Assembly: GCA_963822965.1 (NCBI GenBank)
Contig: CAWGJT010000005.1
Coordinates: 512,001-576,000 of the forward strand
Direction: 5' to 3'
Source of the DNA: an uncultured delta proteobacterium
GTDB taxonomy: Bacteria > Myxococcota_A > UBA9160 > UBA4427
DNA length: 64,000 nt
Shown here piece after piece: positions 19,042 to 29,653 of the stretch. The first letter of the stretch is position 1; every line of letters starts with the position of its first letter. The notes below the pieces were generated by a model. The model was given only the letters and a program-made list of their open reading frames with translations, had not been told where the DNA came from and searched no databases. A program made the translations under genes and the position numbers.

Positions 19042-20156
19042 CGCCCGGGAAGGCCCGGGCCACGGGGGTCGGGATCGTCGGCTGCGGCGTCATCAGCGAC
19101 GTGTACGCGCGCAAGCTCGCCTCGCTGCCCTTCGTGGAGCTGTTGGCGTGCGCGGACGTGATGCCCGAGCGGGCGCGGAAGCTGGCCGAGAAGCACGGAA
19201 TCCCGAAGGTGCTCGAGCCGGACGCGCTCCTCGCCGACGACGACGTCGAGGTGGTGGTCAACCTCACGATTCCCGCCGCCCACCATGCCGTGAGCCTGCA
19301 GGCGGTGGAGGCGGGCAAGTCCGTCTTCAGCGAGAAGCCCCTGGCGCTCGGCCTCGACGAGGCCCTCGCCCTCGGCAAGTCGGCGCGAGCCCGGGGCGTG
19401 CGCGTCGGCTGCGCGCCCGACACCTTCCTCGGCGCCGGTCTCCAGACCTGCCGGAAGCTCGTAGACGACGGCGCCATCGGCGAGCCCGTGGCCGCCAACG
19501 GCTTCATGCTCTCGCCCGGTCCGGAATCCTGGCATCCCGGCCCTTCCATCTTCTACCAGCGCGGCGCGGGCCCGCTCTTCGACATGGGTCCCTACTACCT
19601 GACCGCCCTCGTGCACCTGCTGGGGCCGGCCCGTCGGGTCACCGGCTCGGCCCGCATCACCCACGCGCAGCGCGAGATCGGCAGCGCGCCGCTGCGCGGG
19701 CAGAAGATGGACGTCGAGGTGCCCACCCACGTGGCGAGCGTGATCGACTTCGCGAGCGGGCCCGTCGGCCAGGTCACGACGAGCTTCGACGTGCAGGGCT
19801 CGAGGCTGCGAAACATCGAGATCTACGGCACCGAGGCCACCCTCGCCGTGCCGGACCCGAACACCTTCGGCGGGCCCGTGCAGATCCGCAAGCGCGGCGA
19901 ACGCGAGTGGAGCGAGGTCCCCCTGACCCACGGCAACGCGGAGCAGAGCCGGGGCATCGGGCTCGCGGACATGATCCGCGCGGTACAGGCCGGTCGCGCC
20001 CACCGGGCTTCGTTCGAGCTCTCCTGCCACGTCCTGGATCTGATGGAGTCGATCGTGCGGTCCTCGCACGAGGGCCGGCACGTGGCGCCGCGCACGACGT
20101 GCGAGCGACCGGCGCCGCTGCCGGCGGGCGCGGCCGACGACTCGTTCGGCGCGTGA
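19038..20156 (+). CDS. Gfo/Idh/MocA-family oxidoreductase
   Basis: GIVGCGVIS, VFSEKPLA, GCAPDTFLG, GPLFDMGPYY; ATGA overlap with the upstream gene. Confidence 0.92.
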   Translation: MTPGKARATGVGIVGCGVISDVYARKLASLPFVELLACADVMPERARKLAEKHGIPKVLEPDALLADDDVEVVVNLTIPAAHHAVSLQAVEAGKSVFSEKPLALGLDEALALGKSARARGVRVGCAPDTFLGAGLQTCRKLVDDGAIGEPVAANGFMLSPGPESWHPGPSIFYQRGAGPLFDMGPYYLTALVHLLGPARRVTGSARITHAQREIGSAPLRGQKMDVEVPTHVASVIDFASGPVGQVTTSFDVQGSRLRNIEIYGTEATLAVPDPNTFGGPVQIRKRGEREWSEVPLTHGNAEQSRGIGLADMIRAVQAGRAHRASFELSCHVLDLMESIVRSSHEGRHVAPRTTCERPAPLPAGAADDSFGA

Positions 20157-20166
20157 TCGGCCGCCG

Positions 20167-21693
20167 ATGATCGATCGCGACCCCTCGGGCCTGGCCCTCG
20201 ACGACCTCACCCGGAAGCGCACCTGGGCCGAGCTCGCGGACCGAAGCGCGCGCATCGCGAGGCTCCTGCGCGAAGACCTCGGCCTCGCCCCGGGCGACCA
20301 CGCCGCCGTGCTGATGGCGAATCGGGTCGAGTGCGTGGAGCTGATGCTGGGCGCCATCCACGCGGGCGTCTGGCTCACGCCCATCAACTGGCACCTCAAC
20401 CGGGAGGAGATCGCCTACGTGGTGGCCGACTCCACCGCCAGGGTCGTCTTCACGGACGCCGGACACGAGGCCACCGCCCGCGCCTGCGGTCCGGAAGCCG
20501 TCCTCGTCGCCGGGGAAGAGCTCGACGCCGCCATCGCATCGGCCCGCGACGAGCCCATGGACCCGGAAGGCCCCGCTGGCGGCCCGATGATCTACACCAG
20601 CGGAACGACGGGCCGACCCAAGGGCGTGCGCCGCTACCGGCCGCCCACCCTCGAACGCGCCCTCGCGGCCCAGCGCGCGGGCGGCGCCGCCATCGGCCTC
20701 GACGGAGCCGGCCCGCACCTCGTCACCGGTCCCGGCTACCACGCCGCGCCCCTCATGTTCGCCGTCTACGACCAGATGAACGGCGCACCCATCGTCATCG
20801 TGCCCTCCTGGAACGACGCCCAGGCGCTCCAGCTGCTGCAGGAACGCGAGATCGCGCACACGCACCTGGTGCCGACCATGTTCGTGCGCCTGCTGCGTCT
20901 GCCCGACGAGGCCCGGACCGGCTTCCACGCTCCCGCCCTGCGCCTCGTGCTCCACGGCGCGGCGCCGGTCTCCCGCGCCGTCAAGCAGCGAATGATCGAC
21001 TGGTGGGGACCCGTGCTCGTCGAGTACTGGGGGGCGACCGAGAGCGGCGTCATCACCCTCGCCAGCTCCCAGGAGTGGCTCGAGCACCCGGAGACCGTGG
21101 GCCGTGTGCTCCCGAGCTTCGAGGTCTTCGCGGTGGACGACGAGGGACGGCGCCTTCCCCCGGGCGCGACGGGCCTCCTGTACGCACGCCACCACGAGAT
21201 CGACGAGCTCTTCGAGTACCACGAAGATCCGGACAAGACGGCCGCGAGCAAGCTGCCGGGCGACGCCGCCGCCGGCGCCTTCACCATCGGGGACATCGGC
21301 CGGGTCGAAGCCGACGGCTTCGTCTACCTGGCGGACCGCCAGTCCCACACGATCATCTCGGGCGGCGTGAACATCTACCCCGCCGAGATCGAGCACGTCC
21401 TGCAGGAACATCCCAGCGTCGCGGACGTGGCGGTCTTCGGCGTGCCCGACGACGAGTGGGGCGAGAGCGTGAAGGCGGCCGTGGAGCTGGTGGCGGGCGC
21501 GGCGCCCGCGTCCCCCGAGCAGGAAGCGGCGCTCGCCGCAGAGCTGCTGGCCTTCGCGCGCGAGCGGCTGGCCGGCTACAAGGTGCCCCGCTCCATCGAC
21601 TTCGAGGAAGCACTGCCTCGCCACTCCTCGGGCAAGCTCTACGTGCGCACCCTGCGCGAGAAGTACTGGGCCGGACGCGAGCGGCGGATCTAG
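20167..21693 (+). CDS. acyl-CoA synthetase (AMP-binding)
   Basis: [39 protein letters not shown]. Confidence 0.92.
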   Translation: MIDRDPSGLALDDLTRKRTWAELADRSARIARLLREDLGLAPGDHAAVLMANRVECVELMLGAIHAGVWLTPINWHLNREEIAYVVADSTARVVFTDAGHEATARACGPEAVLVAGEELDAAIASARDEPMDPEGPAGGPMIYTSGTTGRPKGVRRYRPPTLERALAAQRAGGAAIGLDGAGPHLVTGPGYHAAPLMFAVYDQMNGAPIVIVPSWNDAQALQLLQEREIAHTHLVPTMFVRLLRLPDEARTGFHAPALRLVLHGAAPVSRAVKQRMIDWWGPVLVEYWGATESGVITLASSQEWLEHPETVGRVLPSFEVFAVDDEGRRLPPGATGLLYARHHEIDELFEYHEDPDKTAASKLPGDAAAGAFTIGDIGRVEADGFVYLADRQSHTIISGGVNIYPAEIEHVLQEHPSVADVAVFGVPDDEWGESVKAAVELVAGAAPASPEQEAALAAELLAFARERLAGYKVPRSIDFEEALPRHSSGKLYVRTLREKYWAGRERRI

Positions 21694-22805
21694 ATTCGTT
21701 CCCAGCGGCGGGACGCGCTGGACCGCTCGATGGCTTCGAGCACCTGCTGGTTGCGCAGGCCGTCCGCGAAGCTCGGCGTCACCGGCTCGCCGGTCGCGAT
21801 CGCGCGCAGGAGCTCGAGCACGGTGTGCACGAAGGTGTGCTCGAAGCCCAGGATGTGGCCGGGGGGCCACCAGGCGGACACGTAGGGATGCTCGGGCGCC
21901 GTGGCGAGCACCGTGCGGAAGCCGCTCTGCGGCCCCTCGTTCGTATAGAGCGCGATCTCGTTCATGCGCTCGAGATCGAAGGCCAGGCTTCCCTCGCTGC
22001 CGTTGATCTCGAAGCGGTTCCAGTTCTTGCGGCCGGGCGCGAAGCGGGAGCCCTCGACGCTGCCGACGGCGCCGTCCTCGAAGCGCAGCAGGGCCAGGGC
22101 GGCGTCGTCCACGTCGACCGGCGCCCTGCCGCCGCCTTCCGGGAGCGGTCGCTCGGGGACGAAGGTCTCGAGCAGACCGCACACCTCGCGGATCTCGCCC
22201 ACCAGGTAGCGGGCCAGGTCGATGGAGTGGGAGGCGATGTCGCCCAGGGCGCCCGAGCCGGCCCGGCTCTTCTCCAGGCGCCAGACGCGCGGGAACTGCG
22301 GGTCGACGATCCAGTCCTGCAGATAGGTCCCGCGATAGTGGCGGATGCGGCCGATGCGGCCCTCGTCGATCCACTGGCGCGCCAGGGCCACGGCGGGAGC
22401 CCTGCGGTAGTTGTGGCAGATCATGTGGACGACGCCGGCCGCCTGCACCGCGTCGAGCATGGCGCGGGCGCCGCGCACGTCGTTGGCCAGGGGCTTCTCG
22501 CAGAGCACGTGCTTGCCCGCCCGGGCCGCCGCGACGGCGATCTCCTCGTGGGAGTCTCCCGGCGTGCAGACGTCCACCACGTCCACGTCCTTCCGGGCGA
22601 CCACCTCCTGCCAGGACGTGGCGTGCTCCGCCCAGCCCAGGCGGGCCGCCGCGGCCTTCACCCGGGCCTCGTTGCGGCCGCAGACCACCTGCATGACGGG
22701 CTCCACGGGCAGGTCGAAGAAGCGCCCCACCTGGCGCCAGGCGTTGCTGTGGGCGCGGCCCATGAACTCGTAGCCGATCATCGCGACGCGCACGGGCGTG
22801 CTCAC
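21690..22805 (-). CDS. Gfo/Idh/MocA oxidoreductase, levoglucosan-dehydrogenase-like clade
   Basis: [49 protein letters not shown] overlap. Confidence 0.88.
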   Translation of the reverse strand: MSTPVRVAMIGYEFMGRAHSNAWRQVGRFFDLPVEPVMQVVCGRNEARVKAAAARLGWAEHATSWQEVVARKDVDVVDVCTPGDSHEEIAVAAARAGKHVLCEKPLANDVRGARAMLDAVQAAGVVHMICHNYRRAPAVALARQWIDEGRIGRIRHYRGTYLQDWIVDPQFPRVWRLEKSRAGSGALGDIASHSIDLARYLVGEIREVCGLLETFVPERPLPEGGGRAPVDVDDAALALLRFEDGAVGSVEGSRFAPGRKNWNRFEINGSEGSLAFDLERMNEIALYTNEGPQSGFRTVLATAPEHPYVSAWWPPGHILGFEHTFVHTVLELLRAIATGEPVTPSFADGLRNQQVLEAIERSSASRRWERI

Positions 22806-24052
22806 GAGCGATAGGCCTCTCGGCCCCGGCCCTGCACGGGGATGCCCTGGGCGGGCAACACCTCGTGCTGCAGCGCGTACATGCAGGCCGCCGCCTCGTC
22901 GATCCGACGCGTGAACGCCATCGAGGCCTTCAGGATGGGCAGCAGGGCCGCGCGGTCCTGCACCCGCGCCGGACCGTACTCGTGCTCGACGATGAGCGCG
23001 GTCTTCTCGACGTCCAGATCGAGCAGCTCGCGTGCCGCCAGCTGGTGGTCCAGCCAGTCGACGCTGCGGTTCTGGAGATAGGCCAGGGGATCGTGGCGCG
23101 CGGTGCCGGGGAGCTCGTGCTCGCAGATCGCCGTCTGCTTCTTCCAGGCGTTGGCGTGGTCCTTCGGGTCCGGGGAGACCGCGCCGTCCTTCCAGTCGCC
23201 ACGCTCCATGGTCTGGCCCCCGTAGCCCCAGGCCGCCATGCCCCGCGCGTCGATCACCTGCCCCTTCACGTGGAATCCCTCGACGAGAAACGCATAGCCT
23301 TCGTCGCGCAGGTACTGGAAGATCGACCGCGTGTCCTGGCCCATCAGGATGGCATGGGACGGGTCGTAGTGGATGCGGAACACGTCGCCCACACCGTGTC
23401 GCTCGCAGATGCGATGCAGCGCGATCCAGGCGCCGGGCGTGTAGGCAATGTTGTTGTGGAACGAATCGTCCGTCGTCCAGCCGGGCATCGGGCACTGCTC
23501 GACGCGATAGGAGAGGCCGCGGTCGCGCGCCGCCTGGAGCAGCGGAACGAACACCTCCTCGAAGAGGCCGCGGTTCGCCTCGACGGTGCGCTCCTGGCTC
23601 TTGCCCACGAAGCCGCACACCGCCGGAACGCCCAGCAGCACCGCCGCGTCGAAGACGCGCAGCATGAACTCGTGCTTGCGCGCCCGGATCGCCGGATCGG
23701 CGTGGAGCATGTTGTCGAAGTAGCCGAGATCGGCGATCCCGACACCCGTCTCCTTCACCGCCGCGAGCACGCGGTCGGCCCGCCGGCGATCGAACGGTGC
23801 CCGCAGATCCAGGGTGTTCGCGACGGGGTCGAGCATCGCCTCGGGCGGCACGTCGGCCCGGCTCGGATGCAGCGCCGACGAGAGCTGGATCTCGTCGGCG
23901 TCGAGATCCCGGGCGAAGTCGAGCCAGTCCTCGATGGCCCGGTCGGGATCCGGGTCGCGCACGTCGCGCGGGGTCAGCTCCTGCAGGGCGGCGGTCAGCA
24001 CGCCCAGGCGCATGAAGCGCGGCTCGAAGGGCCGAACGGTCGCTTCCGGCAT
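22802..24052 (-). CDS. sugar-phosphate isomerase/epimerase-like TIM barrel
   Basis: [32 protein letters not shown] metal-binding pattern. Confidence 0.82.
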   Translation of the reverse strand: MPEATVRPFEPRFMRLGVLTAALQELTPRDVRDPDPDRAIEDWLDFARDLDADEIQLSSALHPSRADVPPEAMLDPVANTLDLRAPFDRRRADRVLAAVKETGVGIADLGYFDNMLHADPAIRARKHEFMLRVFDAAVLLGVPAVCGFVGKSQERTVEANRGLFEEVFVPLLQAARDRGLSYRVEQCPMPGWTTDDSFHNNIAYTPGAWIALHRICERHGVGDVFRIHYDPSHAILMGQDTRSIFQYLRDEGYAFLVEGFHVKGQVIDARGMAAWGYGGQTMERGDWKDGAVSPDPKDHANAWKKQTAICEHELPGTARHDPLAYLQNRSVDWLDHQLAARELLDLDVEKTALIVEHEYGPARVQDRAALLPILKASMAFTRRIDEAAACMYALQHEVLPAQGIPVQGRGREAYRS

Positions 24053-24087
24053 GCTGGCACGATAGCGCCCGGGTAGCCTTCCGTCCG

Positions 24088-25242
24088 ATGAGCGACGACA
24101 TCCCCATCCGCACCCCCGCGCGCGCCGCCGAGGTGGCGTGGTTCAGCGGCCTCTGCAACGACGACTTCGAGACCCTGGGCGTGCCCGACGGAGCACTGCG
24201 CAGCAGCTTTGCCCACTGCGCGGACATCGTGCGGACCGCCGACCGCCTCGGCTACCAGAACATCCTGCTGCCTTCGTCCTACCAGGTCGGCCAGGACACC
24301 CTGACCTTCGCCGCGGGAGTGGCGCCCTCGACCCGGCAGATCAGCCTGCTCACGGCAGTGCGCGGCGGCGAGGTGCACCCGCCCATGCTGGCCCGCGCCC
24401 TGGCCACCCTGGACCACCTGCTCGAGGGGAGGCTCACGGTCAACGTCATCAGCTCGGATCTGCCGGGCATGTCGCTCTCCTCGGAAGCTCGCTACCAGAA
24501 GTCCCGGGAGATGATCGAGATCCTGAAGCAGGCGTGGACCCGGGACCGCATCGAGCACCACGGCGAGTTCTGGGACCTCGACCTGCCCGCCGAGCCCGTG
24601 AAGCCCTGGCAGCAGAACGGCGGCCCCCTGCTCTACTTCGGCGGCATCTCCGACGGAGCACGCGACCTGTGCGCCGAGCACTGCGACGTCTTCCTCATGT
24701 GGCCCGAGACCGAAGCGCAGATCGCCGCGACCATGCAGGACCTGGGTCGTCGCGCGGCGCGCTACGGCCGGCGGATCGACTTCGGCTACCGGGTGCACGT
24801 GATCGTGCGCGAGACGGAGACGGAAGCCCGCGAGGCCGCACGACGACTCGTCTCCCGGCTCGACGACGAGGTGGGCCGGGCCATCAAGGCGCGGGCCCTC
24901 GACGCCGGCAGCGCGGGCGTCGCACGGCAGGACGCCCTGCGCGAGACCGCCGACGAGGAGGGCTACATCGAGCCCCACCTCTGGAGCGGCATCGGACGCG
25001 CGCGCTCGGGATGCGGCAGCGCCATCGTGGGCGACCCGGACCAGGTCCGCGCCAAGCTCGAGCGCTACCTGGATCTCGGCATCCGCGCGTTCATCCTCTC
25101 GGGCTATCCGCTGCGGGACGAGTGCGAGCTCTTCGCGCGCTACGTGCTGCCGGACCTGCCGACCTTCCGGCTGGCAGACGTGCACGGTCGCCGCCCGCCG
25201 GAGACGCCGAAGACGCCCCTCACTACCGGGCTGCGCCGCTGA
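24088..25242 (+). CDS. LLM-class flavin monooxygenase, sulfoquinovose monooxygenase (SmoC/SquD)-like
   Basis: [58 protein letters not shown] and [16 protein letters not shown] match the SmoC clade as I recall it. Confidence 0.8.
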   Translation: MSDDIPIRTPARAAEVAWFSGLCNDDFETLGVPDGALRSSFAHCADIVRTADRLGYQNILLPSSYQVGQDTLTFAAGVAPSTRQISLLTAVRGGEVHPPMLARALATLDHLLEGRLTVNVISSDLPGMSLSSEARYQKSREMIEILKQAWTRDRIEHHGEFWDLDLPAEPVKPWQQNGGPLLYFGGISDGARDLCAEHCDVFLMWPETEAQIAATMQDLGRRAARYGRRIDFGYRVHVIVRETETEAREAARRLVSRLDDEVGRAIKARALDAGSAGVARQDALRETADEEGYIEPHLWSGIGRARSGCGSAIVGDPDQVRAKLERYLDLGIRAFILSGYPLRDECELFARYVLPDLPTFRLADVHGRRPPETPKTPLTTGLRR

Positions 25243-25251
25243 ATCCCGCCA

Positions 25252-25541
25252 TCAAGGCGAAGTGACACCGACGGTGAGCGGCAGACGGCTGAAGCTGCCG
25301 ATCACTCCGATCACCTCGTCCCGAGTTCCCTGGCAGCTGAAGCCGAAGCTCGAGCTGACCGAGGCGCCGTTCCCGAAGGCTCCGCCTTCGTTCCTGACGG
25401 GTCCAATGGTGCAGCTCGGCGAGACCTGGGTCAGTACGCGTGCGATGTGCCGTCACAGATCGCCGTCAGCGCGCCGAGATCCGCCGGAACGTCGGTGGAG
25501 CTGTCGGAGAGCGTGTTGAAGCCTTGCGGTCCGTGAACACA
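25252..25541 (-). pseudogene. start-less, frameshifted gene remnant
   Basis: Protein-like frames (..GFNTLSDSSTDVPADLGALTAICDG / HIARVLTQVSPSCTIGPVRNEGGAFGNG..LTVGVTSP*) with no start codon. Confidence 0.35.
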
Positions 25542-26312
25542 CTAGGCGCGGTGGCGTCGCGCCAGGGCGACGAAGACCGAAGACCCGGATTCGGCCGGAG
25601 CGCCTTCGGGCGTCCAGAACGTCACCGGGTCGAAGCCCGCGTCCCGCAGCATCTCGCGGAACTGCTCCTGGGACCAGAACCGCTTGCGCCAGTCGCGCTC
25701 CACGACCTCGGGCTCGCCCTTCGCCGGGAGGCGCTCGTAGCGGAGGCGATGGGAGAGGCTGCGGCCGTCCGCGCTCGCCTCCAGGGCGACCATGCCCACG
25801 CGCAGGCGGTCGCCGGCCGCCGTCGTGACCTCCCGGAAGCGACCGAGAGCCCTTCGGATCGTCTGGGGGTCCTCGACCTCCAGCGGGATCAGCGCCGAGC
25901 CCCCGGGCTCGAGGTGCGCGTGGATGCAACGGAGCGCCTTCGCCGCGTCCTCGTCCGAGGTCAGCAGGGTGAAGCTCGCGCCCGCCAGGAAGATCGATCG
26001 ATAGCGGCGCGGCAGCGAGAAGGACTGCATCCGTCCGAGATGGAGCGCGACGTCCAGCCCCTGCGCCGCGGCCCGCGCCCGGCAGCGGTCGAGCATGTCC
26101 TGGGAGGCGTCGAGCCCGTCGACCTCGTATCCACGGCCCACCAGCTCCACCAACGGCAGACCGGATCCGCAGCAGAGCTCGAGCGCGGGCGTGCCGGAGC
26201 GTTCGAGGAACGGAACGTAGTCGTCGGCGCACGCGCGCTCCGACACCAGGGGCTCGTAGAGCTCGGCGACGAGCCCCGTGTAGAACTGGGAGTCCGAGTC
26301 GACGGGGTCCAT
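25542..26312 (-). CDS. class I SAM-dependent methyltransferase
   Basis: ALELCCGSG, GLDASQDML. Confidence 0.88.
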   Translation of the reverse strand: MDPVDSDSQFYTGLVAELYEPLVSERACADDYVPFLERSGTPALELCCGSGLPLVELVGRGYEVDGLDASQDMLDRCRARAAAQGLDVALHLGRMQSFSLPRRYRSIFLAGASFTLLTSDEDAAKALRCIHAHLEPGGSALIPLEVEDPQTIRRALGRFREVTTAAGDRLRVGMVALEASADGRSLSHRLRYERLPAKGEPEVVERDWRKRFWSQEQFREMLRDAGFDPVTFWTPEGAPAESGSSVFVALARRHRA

Positions 26313-26524
26313 GGATGCGGGGCGGGGCGGATCTACCCGCGGCGAGCGTGCGGTTCGCGGAGCCGGGCGATCGCGTCGACCCCGGCTCCACGCGTGCGGC
26401 GGACGATTCGGTGCATCGGGGCCTCCCCCTCCGGTCGTCGACGCGCTCCGACACCGTCACCGACGAGAGTAGTTCCCCGCCGGCCGGCTGTCCTGTCGCG
26501 CGGGGACGCACTACTGTAGGGCCC

Positions 26525-27481
26525 ATGCCGGCCGAAGCGTCTGCTCCCACGGCAGAGGAGCTCACCTGGTACGCCCAGCCGGGGCCCCTCACCGACCTGC
26601 ACGCCTTCGGCGACGCGCTCGCCGGCCTTCCCCGGGACCTCGCCTCCCTCTGCGGCGTCGTCCAGGGCTTGCTCCTGCACGGCCATCTGGGACCTCTGTA
26701 CGGGCTCAGCCTGGACGAGGAGCGGCGCCAGCGCGAGCTCAACCTTCGTGGGGCGGACGAGCGACTCGCCGCCCTGCTCGCGGGGGACGACCGCCCCCTC
26801 ACCGCGGCGCGCCCGCCCGCCGAGCGACAGCTCGGCACCTGTCGCGACTTCGCGCTGCTGCTCTGCGCGCTGCTGCGCTCGCAGGGACGACCCGCGCGCG
26901 CCCGCTGTGGCTTCGGCGGCTACTTCGTGCCCGGACGCTACGAGGACCACTGGGTGTGCGAGGTGTGGGACGAAGCCGCCCTCCGCTGGCGCCTCGTCGA
27001 CGCCCAGATCGACGACGTCCAGCGCCGCCACTTCGGCCCGAAGGACCCGCTCGACGTGACCCGGGAGGAGTTCGTCGTGGGCGGCGACGCCTGGAGCGCG
27101 TGCCGCTCGGGCCGGCTCGACGCGAGCCGGTTCGGCCTGACCAACATCCACGAGTCGGGTCTGTGGTTCGTCTGCGGTGACTTCGTCCGGGACGTCGCCG
27201 CTCTCAACAAGGCGGAGCTGCTGCCCTGGGACGTGTGGGGCGTGATGATCCAGCCCGGGATGGGCGAGGAGGCCTTCGCGCTCGACGCCGACGAGGTGAT
27301 TGCACGGCTCCCAGCCGACGACGTCGCCGAGCTCGACCGGGTGGCCGGCCTGGCCTCGCACCCGGTGGACTTCGACGCCATGCGCGCGGCCTACGAGGAC
27401 CGCCGCTGGCGGGTGCCTGCGAGTCACCCGGCCTTCGCCGGGCGGGCGCCCGAAGAGGCCGCGGCCGGTCTCGAGGCGTAG
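26525..27481 (+). CDS. transglutaminase-like domain protein
   Basis: GTCRDFALL, RARCGFGGYF, EDHWVCEVW, WRLVDAQ (Cys-His-Asp triad). Confidence 0.85.
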   Translation: MPAEASAPTAEELTWYAQPGPLTDLHAFGDALAGLPRDLASLCGVVQGLLLHGHLGPLYGLSLDEERRQRELNLRGADERLAALLAGDDRPLTAARPPAERQLGTCRDFALLLCALLRSQGRPARARCGFGGYFVPGRYEDHWVCEVWDEAALRWRLVDAQIDDVQRRHFGPKDPLDVTREEFVVGGDAWSACRSGRLDASRFGLTNIHESGLWFVCGDFVRDVAALNKAELLPWDVWGVMIQPGMGEEAFALDADEVIARLPADDVAELDRVAGLASHPVDFDAMRAAYEDRRWRVPASHPAFAGRAPEEAAAGLEA

Positions 27482-27485
27482 CGCG

Positions 27486-27725
27486 CTACCGGCCGCGCAG
27501 GATCTCCTCTCGCTCGCGCCGATACTCGTCCTCCGAGACGAGCCTCTCGGCCTTGCGGCCGTCGAGATCGCGAAGACGCGCGACGACGCCCGGCTGGTAC
27601 ACGTCGATCTCGATCCGACGGTCCTCGGGGGTCGCTGGGCAGGGCGCGCGCTCCCCGAACGCGCCCTCGGGCGCGAGCTGCGCGTAGAGGTGGGCGGCAA
27701 TCCGGTCGAAGGTGCGATCGCAGCC
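27486..27725 (-). pseudogene. start-less 3' gene fragment ending in a SHOCT-like motif
   Basis: The frame after the thiolase stop reads GCDRTFDRIAAHLYAQL...VVARLRDLDGRKAERLVSEDEYRREREEILRGR*. Confidence 0.5.
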
Positions 27726-28955
27726 CTAGATCCGCTCGATGATCGTCGCCGTCCCCATCCCGCCGCCGGTGCACATGGCGACGAGCCCCGTCTGCTTGTC
27801 CTGGCGTTCCATCTCGTCGAGCACCGTCTGGATCAGCATCGGACCGGTGCCGCCGATCGGATGGCCCAGGGCGATGGCACCGCCGTTCACGTTCACCTTG
27901 TCGGGATCGACCTTCGTGTCCTTCAGGAACTTCAGCACCACGGCCGCGAAGGCCTCGTTCACCTCGAAGAGGTCGATGTCGCCGAACGTCATCTTCGCGC
28001 GCTTCAGGCACTGCTCGGCGGCCGGGCCGGGGGCCGTCAGCATGATGACGGGCTCGGTTCCGGCGGTCGCGGTCATCACGACCCGGGCGCGCGGCTTGAG
28101 CCCATGAGCCTTCGCGTACTCGGGCGACGCCAGCAGGATCGCCGAAGCGCCGTCGACCACGCCCGACGAGTTGCCGGCGTGGTGGACGTGGTCCACCCGG
28201 GTCACCTGCGGGTACACGTCCTTGCAGTAGTCGTCGAAGGACTTCTCGTAGCCCTTCATCACCGTGGTGCCCAGCTGCTCGAACGAAGCCGGAAGACCGC
28301 CCAGCATGTCGAGGGTGGTGCCGGGGCGCGGGTGCTCGTCGCGGTCGAGGGCCAGGCTGCCGTCGTCGTTGCGGATGGGGACGATGCTGCGGTCGAAGCG
28401 CTTGTCGGCGACGGCGGCCGCGGCTCGATCCTGACTGCGCACCGCGTAGCCGTCGCAGTCCTCCCGCGAGAAGCCTTCCAGGGTGGCGATGAGGTCGGCG
28501 GAGATGCCCTGGGGCACCTGGGGATGCTGCTTGAAGAGGTGCTCGTTGTTGGCGTGGAAGCCGTGGGCGTGGGTGGGTGCGTAGCGGGACATGGACTCCA
28601 CGCCGCCTCCCACCACCAGGTCCTGGTGACCCGCCATGATGCCCATGGCCGCGAAGGAGACGGCCTGCTGGCCGGAGCCGCAGAAGCGGTTCAGGGTGAC
28701 ACCCGAGGCCGTATCGGGCCAGCCGGCGTCGAGGGCGGACATGCGCGCGATGTCGTTGGCGTGGTCGCCGCTCCCCGCCGCGCAGCCGGCCACCACGTCG
28801 TCCACGTCGGCGGGGTCGAAGCCGACGCGATCCTGCAGGGCCTCGAGCACCTGGGCCATGATGCGCTGGGGATGGATGTGCGCCAGGCCGCCCTTGCCGG
28901 GCTTGCCGCGGCCGCGGGGCGAGCGGACGCCGTCGATGATCCAGGCTTCGGCCAT
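27726..28955 (-). CDS. acetyl-CoA C-acyltransferase (thiolase)
   Basis: LNRFCGSG, NEAFA, GGAIALGHPIG, MCTGGGMG. Confidence 0.95.
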   Translation of the reverse strand: MAEAWIIDGVRSPRGRGKPGKGGLAHIHPQRIMAQVLEALQDRVGFDPADVDDVVAGCAAGSGDHANDIARMSALDAGWPDTASGVTLNRFCGSGQQAVSFAAMGIMAGHQDLVVGGGVESMSRYAPTHAHGFHANNEHLFKQHPQVPQGISADLIATLEGFSREDCDGYAVRSQDRAAAAVADKRFDRSIVPIRNDDGSLALDRDEHPRPGTTLDMLGGLPASFEQLGTTVMKGYEKSFDDYCKDVYPQVTRVDHVHHAGNSSGVVDGASAILLASPEYAKAHGLKPRARVVMTATAGTEPVIMLTAPGPAAEQCLKRAKMTFGDIDLFEVNEAFAAVVLKFLKDTKVDPDKVNVNGGAIALGHPIGGTGPMLIQTVLDEMERQDKQTGLVAMCTGGGMGTATIIERI

Positions 28956-29047
28956 GATGTCGGTCTCCTGTTCGCGCTTCGGGTCGCGCGCGGGTCGAGG
29001 GACCTGCCATGCTAGCAACGGCCGCGGCGGACAGATAGCCTAGGCGC

Positions 29048-29641
29048 ATGATCCCGAAGCCCGGTACCGCCTTCGCCGTCCCCGACGGAGACCCCAGCCG
29101 CCACCTCTCGCTGGCCGAGCTCGAGCGCGGCCTGCTCGCGATGCGCCCGGCACCGCGAGACCAGGGGACCGTCCAGCACCTCTTCGCGCGCCCCGGCTCG
29201 AACGAACGGGTGGCCCTCGAGCGCGCCACGCTCACGGTCGCGGGCGGCATGCCGGGCGATCGCTGGTCGCTCGGGCGTGAAGGCAAGCCGCCGAAGCCCG
29301 CCCAGCAGCTCGCCACCATGCAGGTCGACGTGGCGCGACTCGTGGCCAACGGCCAGCCCACGGCGCTGTTCGGCGACAACCTCTTCCTCGATCTCGACCT
29401 CTCGAGCGGCAACCTGCCCGTAGGAACGCGACTGCGCGTGGGAACGGCGCTCCTCGCGGTGACACCGGAGGAGCACAACGGCTGCCTGAAGTTCAAGGCA
29501 CGCTTCGGCGCCGACGCCCTGCGGCTGGTGGTCCGCAAGGAGACCCGTGCACGCAACCTGCGCGGCATCTACCTCGAGGTGATCGAGGAGGGCGAGGTGG
29601 CCGCCGGCGATCCCGTCGAAGTTCTGCGCGAAGACCGATGA
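29048..29641 (+). CDS. MOSC-domain protein
   Basis: GDRW, FGDNL, GTRLRVGTALL, HNGCLKF, RGIYLEVIEEGEV. Confidence 0.85.
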   Translation: MIPKPGTAFAVPDGDPSRHLSLAELERGLLAMRPAPRDQGTVQHLFARPGSNERVALERATLTVAGGMPGDRWSLGREGKPPKPAQQLATMQVDVARLVANGQPTALFGDNLFLDLDLSSGNLPVGTRLRVGTALLAVTPEEHNGCLKFKARFGADALRLVVRKETRARNLRGIYLEVIEEGEVAAGDPVEVLREDR

Positions 29642-29653
29642 GGTAGGTCCGAG

